64,000 bases of DNA from Mobula hypostoma (GCF_963921235.1 NC_086097.1:111230001-111294000), one strand, 5' to 3'. Positions 38,124 to 50,038 are shown, counted from the stretch's first letter. Numbers and translations are program-made. The notes: a model not told the origin generated them from the letters alone.

Positions 38124-39717
38124 CAGGTTTTCCCCGCCATCCAAAGGTAGAGCGTTTCTATGAAACGGTTCGTAAGCCGAAATGTCGTAAAGCGAAGAAG
38201 CAATTACCATTTATTTATATGGGAAAATTTTGTGAGCGTTCGCAGACCCAAAAATAACCTACCAAATCATGCCAAATAACACATAAAACCTAAAATAACA
38301 GTAACATATAGTAAAAGCAGGAATGATATGATAAATACACAGCCTATATAAAGTAGAAATACTTCTCCACAATCATCGCCGGCACTGTTCTCCGAAGCAA
38401 AAATCTCACGCAAGCGCTCTTGGCAAAAACATGGCGCAAGCGCTCTCCAGTAACCATTAAGCTATGAAGCTGCCAAATCATACCAAATCATACGTAAAAA
38501 TACACAGCCTATATAAAGTAGAAATAATGTATGTGCAGTGTAGTATCACTTACTGGAATTGGGAAGACAGGGCCGAGCACACTGATGATGGAGTGTTAGA
38601 CTGAGTTGTCGCAGGTTAGGGTGGTGCAATGGCCCCCACTCTCCAGGCTGCCGACTGATATATTGCCACGAAGCATGCAGCGGTAGCTGGAAGGCACACA
38701 GCACATCTTTAAGAAAAAAGCCGAAATAAACATGCTAATTAATTAGGTGCCGCCCAACACGTAATTGTCGGCCCAGATCATTGCCGATTGCATCGCCTCT
38801 GATCTGGGCCTACATTTACGTGTCGGGCAGCACCTAATTAATTAGCTTGTTTATTTAGGCTTTTTTCTTAAAGATGTGCTGGGTGCATCCTGGCTACCGC
38901 TGCATTCTCTGCGAATCGGTATCTGTCCAGGGCCTGGGTGTTGGGGTGGTGGGACACTGGGGTGTCATCTCATCATCGTCTGTTTCCATTAGAGCAGGCG
39001 ACTCATCTTCTCCTATGACTGCCCGCCTCGATGTCGAAGGTCGAGGTTCGTCATCTGCTGTGGCTGATGTGGAAGGCTTGCTTGACTGCTGAGCCTCGCG
39101 CATTTTTCTATCATACAGTTCTTTGTAAGCACTCAAACCATCATGCAAATATCCCCTAAACCTACGTACCCTTTCAAAATTAAAGTCGTATTTTATCATT
39201 GCAGCGAAAATCTCACACGGTTGCTTCACATTCATTTCGCTACTGAATTTGGTTTCGATTGTTATCCTTTCCTCTTCCAATTGCATCAGCTCTTCATCTA
39301 TCAGTTCTTGGTCATGGGATGCCAAAACCTCTTCAATATCGTCTTCGTCAGCTTCCACAAATCAAACTCACGTTGTCCTTACTTCGTTCACCATGATCGA
39401 AACACTTAATTATGTCTAGTTTTACGCTAAGTGTAACACCCTTACGAGCTCTTTCAGGCTTTTCCAATACCTCAGAACTCATCTCGCAAACGGCTGCTCA
39501 CAGGCACGTATTAAAGCAAAGCCGTTCCGAATCCAGGGAAGAGTGGCTGCTCGGGGTGCGCGCTGCCTTTTATTGCGCGGCGCTGGTTTTTTATCACACG
39601 CTAATTTTTTTCGTAACAGTGAAAACACCTTCTGAAAGCGAAAACAGGGTACTAATGTAGGTCTTTCGTAACAGTGAGGTTTCGTAAAGCGAACGTTCGA
39701 AAAGCGGGGGACACCTG
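38124..39717 (-). mobile_element. Tigger/pogo-family non-autonomous DNA transposon, copy 1
   Basis: TA|CAGGTTTTCCCCGC ... GCGGGGGACACCTG|TA; acidic pogo C-terminal remnant (EADEDDIEEVLASHDQELIDEELMQLEEER, ORF 38894..39358) and N-terminal HTH remnant (KRARKGVTLSVKLDIIK.FDHGERSKD). Confidence 0.88.
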
Positions 39718-39825
39718 TATTAGAGAATATTTATGTTCTCTTTCCTCCTTTTAGAAAGTTATTTCCAATCCTAAGTATTTTGATCAGTGGAAAGGTTTCA
39801 ATGTTCAAACTAAATATATATTATC

Positions 39826-41318
39826 TTGAGCAAGATCTGCTCCCAGAAAGCCAGTGCGGCTTCTGTGCTGAACGTGGGACCACGGACATGATTTTTGCTG
39901 CACGCCAACTCCAGGAAAAATGCCAGGAGCAACACAGCGACCTCTTCGTGACCTTTGTCGATCTAACCAAGGCTTTCAATACGGTCTGCAGAGAAGGCTT
40001 GTGGAAGATCATGGAGAAGTTTGGCTGCCCCAGCAAGTTCATCACAATCGTCCGGCAGTTCCACGACAGTATGATGGTGAAAGTTCTGGATGATGGTGAC
40101 GAGTCAGAGGCCTTCCCAGTGACAAATGGCGTCAAACAAGGCTGTGTTCTTGCCCTGACTCTGTTCAGTATGGTATTCTCTGCCATGCTGACAGATGCCT
40201 TCCGTAACTACGAAGAAGGAATCCACGTCAGGTACAGGACTGACTGCAGGTTGTTCAACCTTAGGCGCCTGCAGGCAGTTACAAAGGTGCAAAAGACTGT
40301 CATCAGAGACTTCTTGTTTGCTGATGACTGTGCACTCAACGCCAGCACAGAGCAGGAGATGCAGCATGAAATGGACTGCTTCTCACAAGCTTGCGACAAC
40401 TTCGGACTCACTATCAGCACCAAAAAGACCGAAGTTATGTACCAGCCTGCCCCAGGAAAGCCATACCAGGAGCCGTGCATCACGGTGAAGGGTCAGAACC
40501 TCCAGGCAGTCGACAACTTCACCTACCTGGGCAGCATACTCTCTCGCGCAGTGAATATAGACGCTGAGGTCAAGCAGCGTCGCCTTTGGGAGACTCCGTG
40601 AGAACGTCTGGGAGCGGAGGGGACTCAGCCTTACCACCAAGCTGAAGGTCTACTGTGCAGTGGTCCTTACCACCCTCCTTTACGCCAGCGAGACCTGGAC
40701 TGTCTACAGCAGACACGCCAAACAGCTCAACCACTTTCAGCTGAGCTGTCTCCGCAGACTCTTCTACATCAGGTGGCAGGACAAAGTCCTCGACACGGAA
40801 ATCCTGGAACGAGCTGGGCTCTGCAGCGTCTACACCCTCCTGCTGAAAGCCCAAGCCAGGTGGGCTGGACATGTGGTCAGAATGCCAGACAGCCGATTGC
40901 CTAAGCAGCTGCTGTACGGAGAACTGTGTCAGGGCAAGCGCTCAGTCGGGGGGCAGAAGAAACGTTACAAAGACTGCCTCAAAGCGTCCCTCAAAGGCCT
41001 GGATGTGGACATCAACACATGGGAGACGCTTGCCCTCGACCGTCCAGCTTGGCGCAGCAAGATCACCACAGGAGCCCCTGCAGCTGAAGTCAGACGCATC
41101 ATCGAGGCGCAACGAAAGCGTGCTGTGCGCAAGGCCCGAGCAGCATCCACTGCCACAACAGCACCCACCCACTTGTGTCCCACATGTGGGCGAGCCTTCA
41201 GGGCCCGGATTGGCCTCATCAGTCACCTCTGGACCCACAGCCGCCAATCTCCCATTTGACTTTGAAGCCATGGTCATCTTCGACTACGAAGGACGAACAA
41301 CAAACAACAACAACAACA
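39826..41318 (+). mobile_element. RTE-clade LINE, 5'-truncated, with one internal deletion/frameshift near 40575
   Basis: ORF 39780..40601 (LLPESQCGF...TTDMIFAARQLQEKC, DLTKAF, GVKQGCVLA, LFADD); ORF 40660..41259 (RWAGHVVRM, C-terminal CPTCGRAFRARIGLISHLWTH zinc finger); (CAA)n tail; ATATTATC duplication at 39818-39825 and 41319-41326. Confidence 0.93.
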
Positions 41319-41629
41319 ATATTATCAAAGTACATATATATCACTATATACACCCCTGAAATTTATTTTCTTGCAGGCATTTACAGTAAACACAAAGAAA
41401 CACAATAGAGTCAATAAAAGACTGCACCCAACAGGATGGACTGAAAAACAATGTGCAAAAGACAACAAACTGTTTGGCATAATTGCATATATTTACACAA
41501 AACAACAGAATTTTGCAGAATATTTGTCTTTCAGACAAGCACATTCATCCCATCCCTGCTGGGATTTTGGCTAAATGTTTGCTTTTTTTTGAGGACTAAT
41601 GATAAATAACAGGACAAGTATGATATGTC

Positions 41630-42607
41630 AGAGCAACACATACGAAATGTTGGAGGAACCAGCAGGTCAGGCAGCATCTATGGAAAAAAGCTTGGTCGAC
41701 ATCTCAGGCCAAAAGCCTTTGGCAGGACTGGAAGAAAAAAGCTAAGGAGTAGATTTGAAAGTGGGGGAAGAGAGAGAGAAACACCAGGCGATAGTTGAAA
41801 TTTGGAGAGGGCGGGATGCAGCAAAGAGCTGGGAAGTTGATTGGTGAAAGAGAAAGAAGGCCATGGAAGAAAGAAAAAAGCTGCGGGGGGGGGAGGAGGA
41901 GCACCAGAGGGAGGCGATGGGTGGGCAAGGAGATAACATGAGGGAGGGCAAAGGGGATGGGAAATGGTGAGGGGTAGGGGGCAGAGGCATTACGGGAAGT
42001 CTGAGAAATCGATATTCATGCTATCATGTTGGAGGTTACCCAAACGGAATATAAGGTGTTGTTCCTCCAAACTAAGTGTGACCTTATCACGATAGTGGAG
42101 GAGGCCGTGGGTGGACATATCGGAATGGGATTGAGAAGTGGAACTGTCGTGATAAGGCCACGCTTAGGTTGGAGGAACAACACCTTATATTCCATTTGGG
42201 TAGCCTCCAGCTTGATGGCATGAAATTGATTTCTCAAACTTCTAGTAATGCCTCCCACCCCTCCCTTCACTATTTCCCTCTCTCATGTTATCTCCTTTCC
42301 CACCGAAAAAGAGGAGCCTCCCTCTGGTGCTCCTCCCTCCCCCCCCATCCCCCTTTTTCTTTATTCTGTGGCCTTCTGTCTCTTTCACCAATAAACTTCC
42401 CAGCTCTTTGCTTCATCCCTCCCCCTCCAAGCTTCACCTATCGCCTAGTGTTTTCTCCCTTCCCTTCCACCTTTCAAAGTCCTGCTGAAGAATTTTGGCC
42501 CAAAACATCAACTGTGCTTTTTTCCATAGATGCTGCTTGGCCTGCTGAGTTCCTCCAGCATTTTGTGTGTGTTGCTCGGATTTCAGCATCTGCAGATTTT
42601 CTCGTTT
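41630..42607. mobile_element. Penelope-like 3' termini in inverted arrangement (minus copy about 41630-42140, plus copy about 42144-42607)
   Basis: Both arms carry RLEEQHLIFHLGSLQ.DGM..DFS, the GIY-YIG ORF C-terminus, followed by the pyrimidine-rich UTR and the hammerhead-like/GATGCTGC tail. Confidence 0.8.
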
Positions 42608-42627
42608 GTAATTTGAAGTACAATATA

Positions 42628-44198
42628 CAGGTGTCCCCCGCTTTACGAAACCTCACTGTTACGAAAAACCTACATTAGTACCCTGTTTTCGCTTTCAGAA
42701 GGTGTTTTCACTGTTACGAAAAAAAAGCAGCGCGCGATAAAAAATTCAGCGTGGGAAAAAAAATCAGCGCGCGATAAAAGGCAGTGTGTGTCCCGAGCAG
42801 CCGTTTGCAAGATGATTTCTATGGTGTCGGAAAAGCCTAAAAGAGCTCGTAAGGGTGTTACACTTAGCATAAAACGAGACATAATTAAGCGTTTCAATCA
42901 TGGTGAACGAAGCAAGGACAAAGTGAGTTTGGCTTGTGGAAGCTGACGAACTTGATGTTAAAAAGGTTTTGACATCACACGACCAAGAACTGATAGATGA
43001 AGAGCTGATGCAATTGGAAGAGGAAAGGATAACAATCGAAACCGAATGCAGTAGCGAAATGAACGTGAAGCAACTGCGTGAGATTTTGGCTGCAATGATA
43101 AGTACGACTTTAATTTTGAAAGGGTACATAGGTTTAGGAGATATTTGCAGCATGGTTTGAGTCCTTACAAAGAACTGTGTGATAGAAAAATGCGCGAGGT
43201 TCAGCAGTCAAGCAAGCCTTCCACATCAGCCACAGCAGACAACGAACCCCGACCTTCGACATCGAGGTGGGCAGTTATAGGAGAAGGTGAGCTGCCTGCT
43301 CTAATGGAAATAGATGACGAGATGACAACCCAGTGTCCCACCACCCCAACACCCAGGCCCCGGACAGATACCGATAAGCGGAGAATGCAGCAGTAGCCAG
43401 GAGGCACACAGCACATCTTTAAGAAAAAAGCTGAAATATACATGCTAATTAATTAGGTGCCGCCCCACACTTAAATGTCGGCCCAGATCAAAGGCGATGC
43501 AATTGGCAGTTGGCACTGATCTGGGCCGACAATTACGTGCCGGGCAGCACCTAATTAATTAGCATGTTTATTTTGGCTTTTTTCTTAATGATGTGCTGGA
43601 TGCCTCCCAGCTACCGCTGGACCCCTGCATGCTTCGCGGTTTGCTATCGGCGGCCTGGAGGGTGGGGGCCACTGCACCAGCCAACCTGTGACGACTCAGT
43701 CTAACACACCATCATCAGTGTGCTCGGTGCTGTCCCGATTCCAGTAAGTGTTACTACACCGTACATACATTATTTCTACTTTATATCGGCTATGTATTTT
43801 TATGTGTTGTTTGGTATGATTTGGCAGCTCCATAGCTTAAAGGTTACTGGACAGCGCTTGCGCCGGGTTTTTGCCAACAGTGCTTGCGTGAGATTTTCTG
43901 CCAACGGCGCTCGCGTGAGATTTTCGCTACGGAGAACAGTTCAGTAATGATTGTGGAAAAGTATTTCTACTTTATATAGGCTGTGTATTTATCATATCAT
44001 TCCTGCTTTTACTATATTTACTGTTATTTTAGGTTTTATGTGTTATTTGGCATGATTTGGTAGGTTATTTTTGGGTCTGTGAACGCTCACAAAATTTTCC
44101 CATATAAATAAATGGTAATTTCTTCTTCACTTTACGACATTTCGGCTTACGAACCGTTTCATAGGAACACTGTACCTTCGGATGGCGGGGGAAACCTG
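42628..44198 (+). mobile_element. Tigger/pogo-family non-autonomous DNA transposon, copy 2 (inverted relative to copy 1)
   Basis: TA|CAGGTGTCCCCCGC ... GCGGGGGAAACCTG|TA; ORFs 42936..43160 and 43145..43396 are homologous to ORF 38894..39358. Confidence 0.88.
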
Positions 44199-44714
44199 TA
44201 TCCCTGATTTTGATGCCAGAAAGGCTTTCGTGTGAGGACCATGATCTTTTTAATGCTTGCTGATGGGCGTTGCAATCTAAAGTGTGCAGCAATAGATCAC
44301 TTAGTACAAAATTGCTGTCCGTGGTAAAGTGACATGAATGAACTTCTGCAGGTAGAACTGAATGCCAGTATCAAATTGCTATTGTGCATTTTATTTAGCT
44401 ATCTCTGTGTCCTCAATTATTAAGTTACCATATTCAAAACATGATTTCAGGAGTGGATAAAATAATTGTGATTAGTCGCTTAAGATACTGTCCTTTATAT
44501 TTAAACATGGAAAAAGAACTGCTTTTTTGAAAGATAGCAAATCATTCCCATGATTTGTCAGGAATCAGTTGACAAGCAACCAAAATTCTGTGTTTTCTCT
44601 GCACTTTTTGTCAGTCATTTACAACCCATGTAAAGTTCTTGTTTTGGAGCAGAATAGTCAAATAGTAAAGCATTCTTAAAATGTGTTTGTGTTCTTATTT
44701 TGTTCTTTTCAAAG

Positions 44715-44774
44715 CACTCTTACTTTGATGTACCTGTGCCTCACAGAAGCACCTCAAGGAGAAAGGATCTTGTG
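44715..44774 (+). CDS. LRRFIP2: LRRFIP2 short coding exon (HSYFDVPVPHRSTSRRKDLV)
   Basis: TTTTGTTCTTTTCAAAG acceptor, GTG|GTTTGT donor, 60 nt; HSY...RS...KDL matches recalled HSYSHSHGMKKRSSDSHKDLL. Confidence 0.75.
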
Positions 44775-45039
44775 GTTTGTAAAGTAAAAATCTTCGTTGC
44801 TTGTTGAGTATTTTCATCCAGTCTTTTATATTCTGCAAGGAAAAGATATTAGGTGCATGGAAATTAAGAATTTCTAAGTAAATGCCCTTTACTAATTAAC
44901 AAGTGTTCTTGGAGTGAAATATTCTGCGTCCTTTACAAAATGATTGCACGCATACTTGGAATGCTCTTTTGCTTGTAACAGTGTGCATTATTACTACATT
45001 TTCTGTTTATAGATTTCTAGCATCTGCAATTTTGAAGAG

Positions 45040-47090
45040 TAGAAAGGGTAAGCCAGGGAACTACAGACCAGTCAGCCTAACATCAGTGGTGGGAAGTTAC
45101 TGGAGAGAATTCTGTGGGACAGGATCCACCAGTGTTTGAATGGCCAATGTCTGATTGGAGGAGTTAGTAATGCTTTATGTCTGGAAAGTTGTGTTTGATG
45201 AAACATTTAGAGTGTTTTGAACAGGTAAATAAAAGAGTAGATGATGTTAGGATAGTGGATGTTGGCAAGGCATTGAACAAGGTCCTATATCATAAGCTTG
45301 CCATTAAGGTTAGGTCTCATGGTATCCAGGGAGATTTGATTAGGTGGATTCATAATTGGCTCAGAGGTAAGAAGCTGAGAATGGTGGTTAAAGGTTGTTC
45401 TCAAAATGGAAACGTGACCAGTAGTGTTGGGGCCCTTGTTATTTGGTATTTATACAAAGTGATTTGGATGTGAATGCAAAAGGCTTGATCAGTAAGTTTG
45501 TGGATGTCACAAAAATTGTAGGTGTTTTTACAAAGAAAGTTATCATAGAATATTAGGCAATTTGGGAAGTGAGCTGAGGAGTGGCTCATGGATTTCAACA
45601 CAGATAAGTGTGAGGTGATGCATATTAGAAATTCAAACCAGTGTAAGACTGTGAATGGTAGGGTATTAGGGTGTGTAATATTACAGAGGAACCTAGGAAT
45701 ATTAGTGCACAGTTCATTGAAAGCAGTGTCATTGGGAGACAGGGTGGTGAAAAATGCTAGCCTTGATCCTTTAGTGCTTTAGAGCTGCAGGAGATGAGTG
45801 GGATTTTTAAACAATATTTCTCCTCTGTATTTACTGCATTTACTGAAGAGAAAATCATGGTTGACCTGTTACTTAATAAAGGCAGCAAAAGTAAACCAGC
45901 ATGCTGAACCAGACATCAGTGTTCAGTAATTTACTGGAGGAGATTCTAGAGGGACAGGATCTATCAGAATTTCTATAGACAAGGTCTGATGAGAGATAGT
46001 CAGCAAGGCTTTGTGAATGGGAAATACTGCCTGACAAATGTCCAAGTTTTTTGTACAGGCAGCCAAGTGCATAGATGAGGTCAGGGTTTTGGATGTTCGG
46101 CCAAGACACATGGTGCTCTCTAGGGATTGGTGTTTGTCATCATCTGTATCAGTGATTTGAATGAGAATGTTGAAGGTATGGTTAGTAAGTATTTACCTAC
46201 TAATAAATGGTACTTTAATATCAACTGCATACTTACTAACCATGTGAAGAAAGCTATCAAAAATTATTAGTAATGGGACAAGGACTAGTAATGGCTGCTA
46301 ATTCAGACAAACACTGGACATTGCATTTTGGGAACTCGTGGTAGCGTAGCAGTTAGCACGACGCTGTTACAGTTTGGGGTGTTGGAGTTCACAGTTCCCG
46401 GTGTCCTCTGTAAGGAGTCTACATCCTCTCCATGGAATACATGGGTTTTCTCCAGGTCCTCCAGTTTTCTCCCACAGTCCAAAGACGTACCGGGTAGGTT
46501 AATTGTAAATTGTCCTGTGGTTAGTTTAGAGTTAAATCCTGGTTGTCAGGGGTCGATGGGGTGGTGCTGCTCAAAGAGCAGGAAGGGCCTACTCCACACT
46601 GTATTGCAAGATAAATAAATTTTTCGCTAAATAAAAAAAATCAAACATGGGTAGGATTTATCCTATAAATGAGTGGGCCCTGGGGAGTATGTGGAATAGA
46701 GGGACTTTGGAGCACAAATATATAGTTTGCTGAAAGTGACGCCATAGGTAGATGTGGTGGTGAAGGAGGAATTTGGCATGCCAGCCCTCATCACTCAGAC
46801 CACTGAGCAGGCATCACATTGAAGGGACATCATGTTGCGGTTGTCTAAGATTATGGTGAGGCTGCATTTGGAGTATTGTGTACAGTTTTAGTCACCTTCC
46901 TGAAGGAAAAATGTCAATCACGTGGAAAGAGTGCAAAGAAGATACACGAGAATGTTGCTGGAAATCAACCCTGAGTTGTAGGGAGGGCTCAGTCAGGCAG
47001 TGACTTCATTCCTGAAACTTTGGAGATTGATGAATAATCTTAAAGTGCTGTATAAAAGCATGAAAGGTATAAACAGGGTGAATTGTAAAA
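45040..47090 (+). mobile_element. Cluster of decayed CR1 RT fragments
   Basis: KPGNYRPVSLTSVVGKLLERIL near 45050; KVRSHGIQGDL..WIHNWL (ORF 45177..45473); DFNTDKCEVMH; RLHLEYCVQF near 46860. Confidence 0.75.
46330..46620 (+). mobile_element. V-SINE (tRNA-derived head plus V-domain)
   Basis: GGTAGCGTAGCAGTTAGC head; TGGGTTTTCTCCAGGTCCTCCAGTTTTCTCCCACAGTCCAAAGACGTAC V-domain; AT-rich tail. Confidence 0.7.
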
Positions 47091-47405
47091 TTAAAGATTA
47101 GCTTTATTTGTCACATGTACATTGAATCATACAGTGAAATAGGTTGTTTGAGTCAACGACAAACACAGTCTGAGGAAGTGCTGGAGACAGGCCACAAGTG
47201 TTACCATGCTTCCAGCATCAGCATAGCATGCCCACAACTTAATAACCCTAACCTGTATATCTTTAGGATGTGAGAAAAACTGGAGCACCTGGAGAAAGCC
47301 CATGCAGTCACGGGAAGAGTGTACAAATTCTTACAGACAGCAGTGGGAATTGAACCCTAATTGCTGGCACTGTAAAGTATTCGCTGACCGTTACACTACC
47401 ATGTC
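47090..47405 (-). mobile_element. V-SINE
   Basis: Minus strand has GGTAGTGTAACGGTCAGC A-box, GGTTCAATTCCC B-box and a V-domain. Confidence 0.7.
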
Positions 47406-48189
47406 GTTGTAGCGTGTACTGTCTTTTTCTCAGGAAAAGCAAGTCTAAAACGAGAAGGAAAGGAATTAAAAGGCACCAGAGGGGAACCAATTTACCTGGA
47501 GAGGGGTGTTTATTTGCAATAATCTGCTAGCAGATGTAGTTGAGGTAGGTATAGTGGAAAGTTGTTGTGCTGAAGGGCCAGTTTCCATGCTATATGACTA
47601 ACAAGCTTTAAAAGGCATTTGAATAAGTACGTCGTTAGGAAAGCCTTGAGAGATATAGACCAAATATGGGCATATGGGACTAGCTCCGGTAGGCACCTTG
47701 GCTGGCATAGCTGAGACTAGGGGTTTGTTTCCATTCCTTGTTACTCTAAGTAAATGTCCATGCTAACCAATCCCATTTAATAGCACCTTGGCTATTGCTT
47801 TCTCATATTTTGATGATTAAAATGCTCATCCCTATACAGTTTAATTCAGGTCAGGCAGTGAAATCTGAAGTGTCACCACCTTATTGGTGAAAGTTTTTTT
47901 CCTCTGACTCTTTTATGCCTCACCTTAAACCTAACCCATCTACTTTGCACTTTGGAATAAAATTTTTCCCTGTCTGCCTACCCAAGCCCCTCATAATTTT
48001 GTATACTTCCATCAGGTTACCCTCAGCAGCCTCTACTCCAAGGTAAATGAAGTGGTTAAGGGCAGGTACTCCCATATTTAAAAAGTGTCTGCACAAGCAT
48101 TCCTGGAAAATAGGTGGTGGCATGGACATGATGGGTTGAAGGGCCTGTTTTCATGGTGTATGACCTTGACTATAAACCTAGAAGGATGC

Positions 48190-49001
48190 TGAAAAGGATC
48201 TGGTGCTTTCCCGGCGTATTTTCCCTGTGACTTGATACGTTGAATAGCGCTCTTCTTGGGCTTCCAGCTGGATACATGTATTGATTTTAACTGACGTTTC
48301 GATGACGTACCCTGTCATCTTCATCAGGGATGATGCCTGGACATGTCTAGCCTACTGGTATTTATACCCCCGTTGTCTGTCCCTACTGGTTGTTAGTCCT
48401 CATCCAATCAGAATTCCACTGGCCCACCTTTTTTATAATTGAATTCCAGTTCTTACTTAGAGCCGAGACTTTTGTCTTTGTTAAGATTCTTTTGTTCTAG
48501 TTTTATTTTAATGGCTTTCTTCACCAGGCGGTCCCAAAACCCATTGGCGTGTCACAGTAGTTTAGTGCTGTCAAAATCAATCCTATGGGCATTGCGAATG
48601 CAATGTTCTGCTACCACCAATTTCTCTGGGTAATCCAAACAGATACACCTCCTGTACTCCATGATGCAATTTTCCACAGTGCATCCTGTCTGGTCGATAT
48701 ATGCTGTTCTGCATTCACAGGGAATCTTGTAAATGCCAACTGTCTTGCGTCCCAGGTCATCTTTGACCTGCGTAAACTGTGATGCGTTTGCCATTGCTAC
48801 CGTCTGTCTTCCCTATATTTCCACAGTTTCTGGAAGGATCTCCAGGATTCTGAAGAAATACCGGATTAATACCATCCATAAACCCATAAGAAAGCTCAAA
48901 TCGCAGTTTATGCGGGTTAAAATCGATATATGTACCCAGTTGAACGCCCAAGAAGAGATTATTCTAAAAGGGTGCAATCCAACATATCAAGTCACAGGGA
49001 A
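48190..49001 (-). mobile_element. Penelope-like element, second family: GIY-YIG 3' end on the minus strand plus an inverted fragment (about 48790-49001, +)
   Basis: ORF 48552..48794 (GIYKIPCECRTAYIDQTG...VAEHCIRNAHRIDFDSTKLL); the + strand piece CLPYISTVSGRISRILKKYRINTIHKP is the segment normally upstream of the nuclease. Confidence 0.88.
48288..48331 (-). ncRNA. Minimal type-I hammerhead ribozyme motif (Penelope-associated), complete catalytic core
   Basis: Minus strand reads CC-CUGAUGA-A-GAUGAC-AGGGUAC-GUCAUC-GAAA-C-GUC^AG: conserved CUGANGA and GAAA boxes, perfect 6-bp helix II, GUC triplet, palindromic ACGU in place of helix III. Helix I is weak. Confidence 0.7.
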
Positions 49002-49181
49002 GGTGTACAAACACCACAAAGAACAGCATCTAGGGTCATGAAAGAGGAGAGAATCTGTCAATATTCCCTTGGGTGTTATTTACCAGAGAAACCTCTTTGC
49101 ATTTAATGGCTAGTGAGGTTTTATGATAAAATGGTTTAACTTCTTGTGATATCAATCACCTCCAGTAACAATGATTCCAGA

Positions 49182-49845
49182 CATAGTCATAGTCATACTT
49201 TATTGATCCCGGGGGAAATTGGTTTTCATTACAGTTGCACCATAAATAATAAATAGTAATAAAACCATAAATAGTTAAATAGTAATATGTAAATTATGCC
49301 AGGAAATAAGTCCAGGACCAGCCTGTTGGCTAAGAGTGTCTGACCCTCCAAGGGAGGAGTTGTAAAGTTTGATGGCCACAGACAGGAATGACTTCCTATG
49401 ACGCTCTGTGTTGCATCTCGGTGGAATGAGTCTCTGGCTGAATGTATTCCTGTGCCCACCCAGTACATTATGTAGTGGATGGGAGACATTGTCCAAGATG
49501 GCATGCAACTTGGACAGCATCCTCTTTTCAGACACCACCATCAGAGAGTCCAGTTCTATCCCCACAACATCACTGGCCTTACGAATGAGTTTATTGATTC
49601 TGTTGGTGTCTGCCACCCTCAGCCTGCTGCCCCAGCACACAACAGCAAACATGATAGCACTGGCCACCACAGACTCGTAGAACATCCTCAGCATCGTCCA
49701 GCAGATGTTAAAGGACCTCAGTCTCCTCAGGAAATAGGGACGGCTCTGACCCTTCTTGTAGATAGCCTCAGTGTTCTTTGACCAGTCCAGTTTATTGTCA
49801 ATTCGTATCCCCAGGTATTTGTAATCCTCCATCATGTCCACATGC
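49182..49845 (-). mobile_element. Young Rex1/Babar LINE 3' fragment
   Basis: ORF 49275..49967 (YKYLGIRIDNKLDWSKNTEAIYKKGQSR.YFLRRLRSF...VCWG...SFLSVAIKLYN); (ACTATG)n tail. Confidence 0.9.
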
Positions 49846-50038
49846 TCATTTATTGAGGGACAGCTATCATGAAATGCCACCCTATTTTTCTCAACAATGT
49901 TTTCAACTGCTGGCCTGCCACACATCTTAGGAATGAATTGTGTGCACTCACCTTTTGCTTTTTTCATGCTTTATCTGTCTGCTTTGTGTTGGATATTTAT
50001 TATTCTTGCACCTTATTTTCCTTTCTGTGGATTTGTAG

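Noticed and set aside
39755..39794. Acceptor-like TTCCTCCTTTTAG followed by KVISNPKYFDQWK as the missing LRRFIP2 exon
   Set aside because: No phase-0 donor and no similarity to the expected peptide.
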